Virus record (IMG/VR): IMGVR_UViG_3300045988_037122
Location: 1 to 5,177 of that record
Reading direction: 5' to 3' (one strand)
DNA length: 5,177 bases
Origin: a virus
A model generated the notes under the pieces. The model was given only the letters and a program-made list of their open reading frames with translations, was not told the origin of the DNA and made no database searches. Below are positions 5,035 to 5,177 of this stretch, piece after piece (the stretch's first letter is position 1; every line of letters starts with the position of its first letter). A program made the translations under genes and the position numbers.

Positions 5035-5177
5035 GAAATGGAATTGTTGATGTAGTGTATTGTTTCTATGATGAAGTAAGTAATAACGCTATGCAGTATT
5101 ATGTGCTGCCTGGTGCTGAGTGGGCTGAACGTGTGTTTAAGAACCTTGTCGCTCAGATCGCTGTCGGTGAACCTAAA
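5031..5177 (+). CDS. N-terminal part of the 98-aa ORF in the VP5 position. It is truncated by the window end and continues at nt 56-205 after the circular wrap.
   Basis: GGAGG (5015-5019) lies 11 nt before ATG 5031. The frame is open to the window end, with an in-frame stop at 4998-5000 upstream. Sequence MRNGIVDVVYCFYDEVSNNAMQYYVLPGAEWAERVFKNLVAQIAVGEPK... Confidence 0.45.
   Translation, partial: MRNGIVDVVYCFYDEVSNNAMQYYVLPGAEWAERVFKNLVAQIAVGEPK

Noticed and set aside
1-5177. Search for tRNA, rRNA, CRISPR repeats, IS or transposon ends, integrase or attachment sites
   Set aside because: No periodic repeat-spacer arrays, no cloverleaf-like conserved tRNA features, and no inverted terminal repeats flanking a transposase-like ORF were found. 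The only long exact repeat is the 55-nt circular wrap-around.

Overview
The window reads as one complete circular genome of a small ssDNA phage of family Microviridae, with gokushovirus-like gene content and order. The first 55 nt (1-55) are repeated exactly at the end (5123-5177), so the unit genome is about 5122 nt and the window wraps around it. All credible genes are on the + strand and tightly packed, with several ATGA/TAATG stop-start overlaps.

Gene order around the circle: a Rep/VP4-type rolling-circle initiator (3788-4810, with motifs FVTLTY, HRPHYHLILF and YVARYMLKK), then a 37-aa J/VP8-like basic peptide (4921-5034) that the ORF track missed. Next is a 98-aa VP5-position ORF (5031 through the wrap to 205), then a VP3-like internal scaffold candidate (177-671). 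The major capsid protein VP1 follows (768-2483; SRFDRS...EVLPGDTF...YFFVP.RL.W..W signature), then the minor capsid/pilot protein VP2 (2667-3338). An 84-aa XRE/antitoxin-like HTH protein (3501-3755) lies between VP2 and Rep under its own near-consensus sigma70 promoter. This HTH protein is the one non-canonical gene.

Two longer intergenic regions carry strong ssDNA hairpins. These are candidates for the complementary-strand origin (2533-2630) and the Rep nick site (3350-3380). The late-gene promoter upstream of the J-like gene has a C8 tract in its spacer.

The genome has T-rich codon third positions, so +1-frame overlapping ORFs look falsely hydrophobic. Most of those were rejected. Two small ORFs with coupling or RBS signals are reported as low-confidence lysis-peptide candidates.

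I did not identify any tRNA, rRNA, CRISPR array, transposon or host flank.
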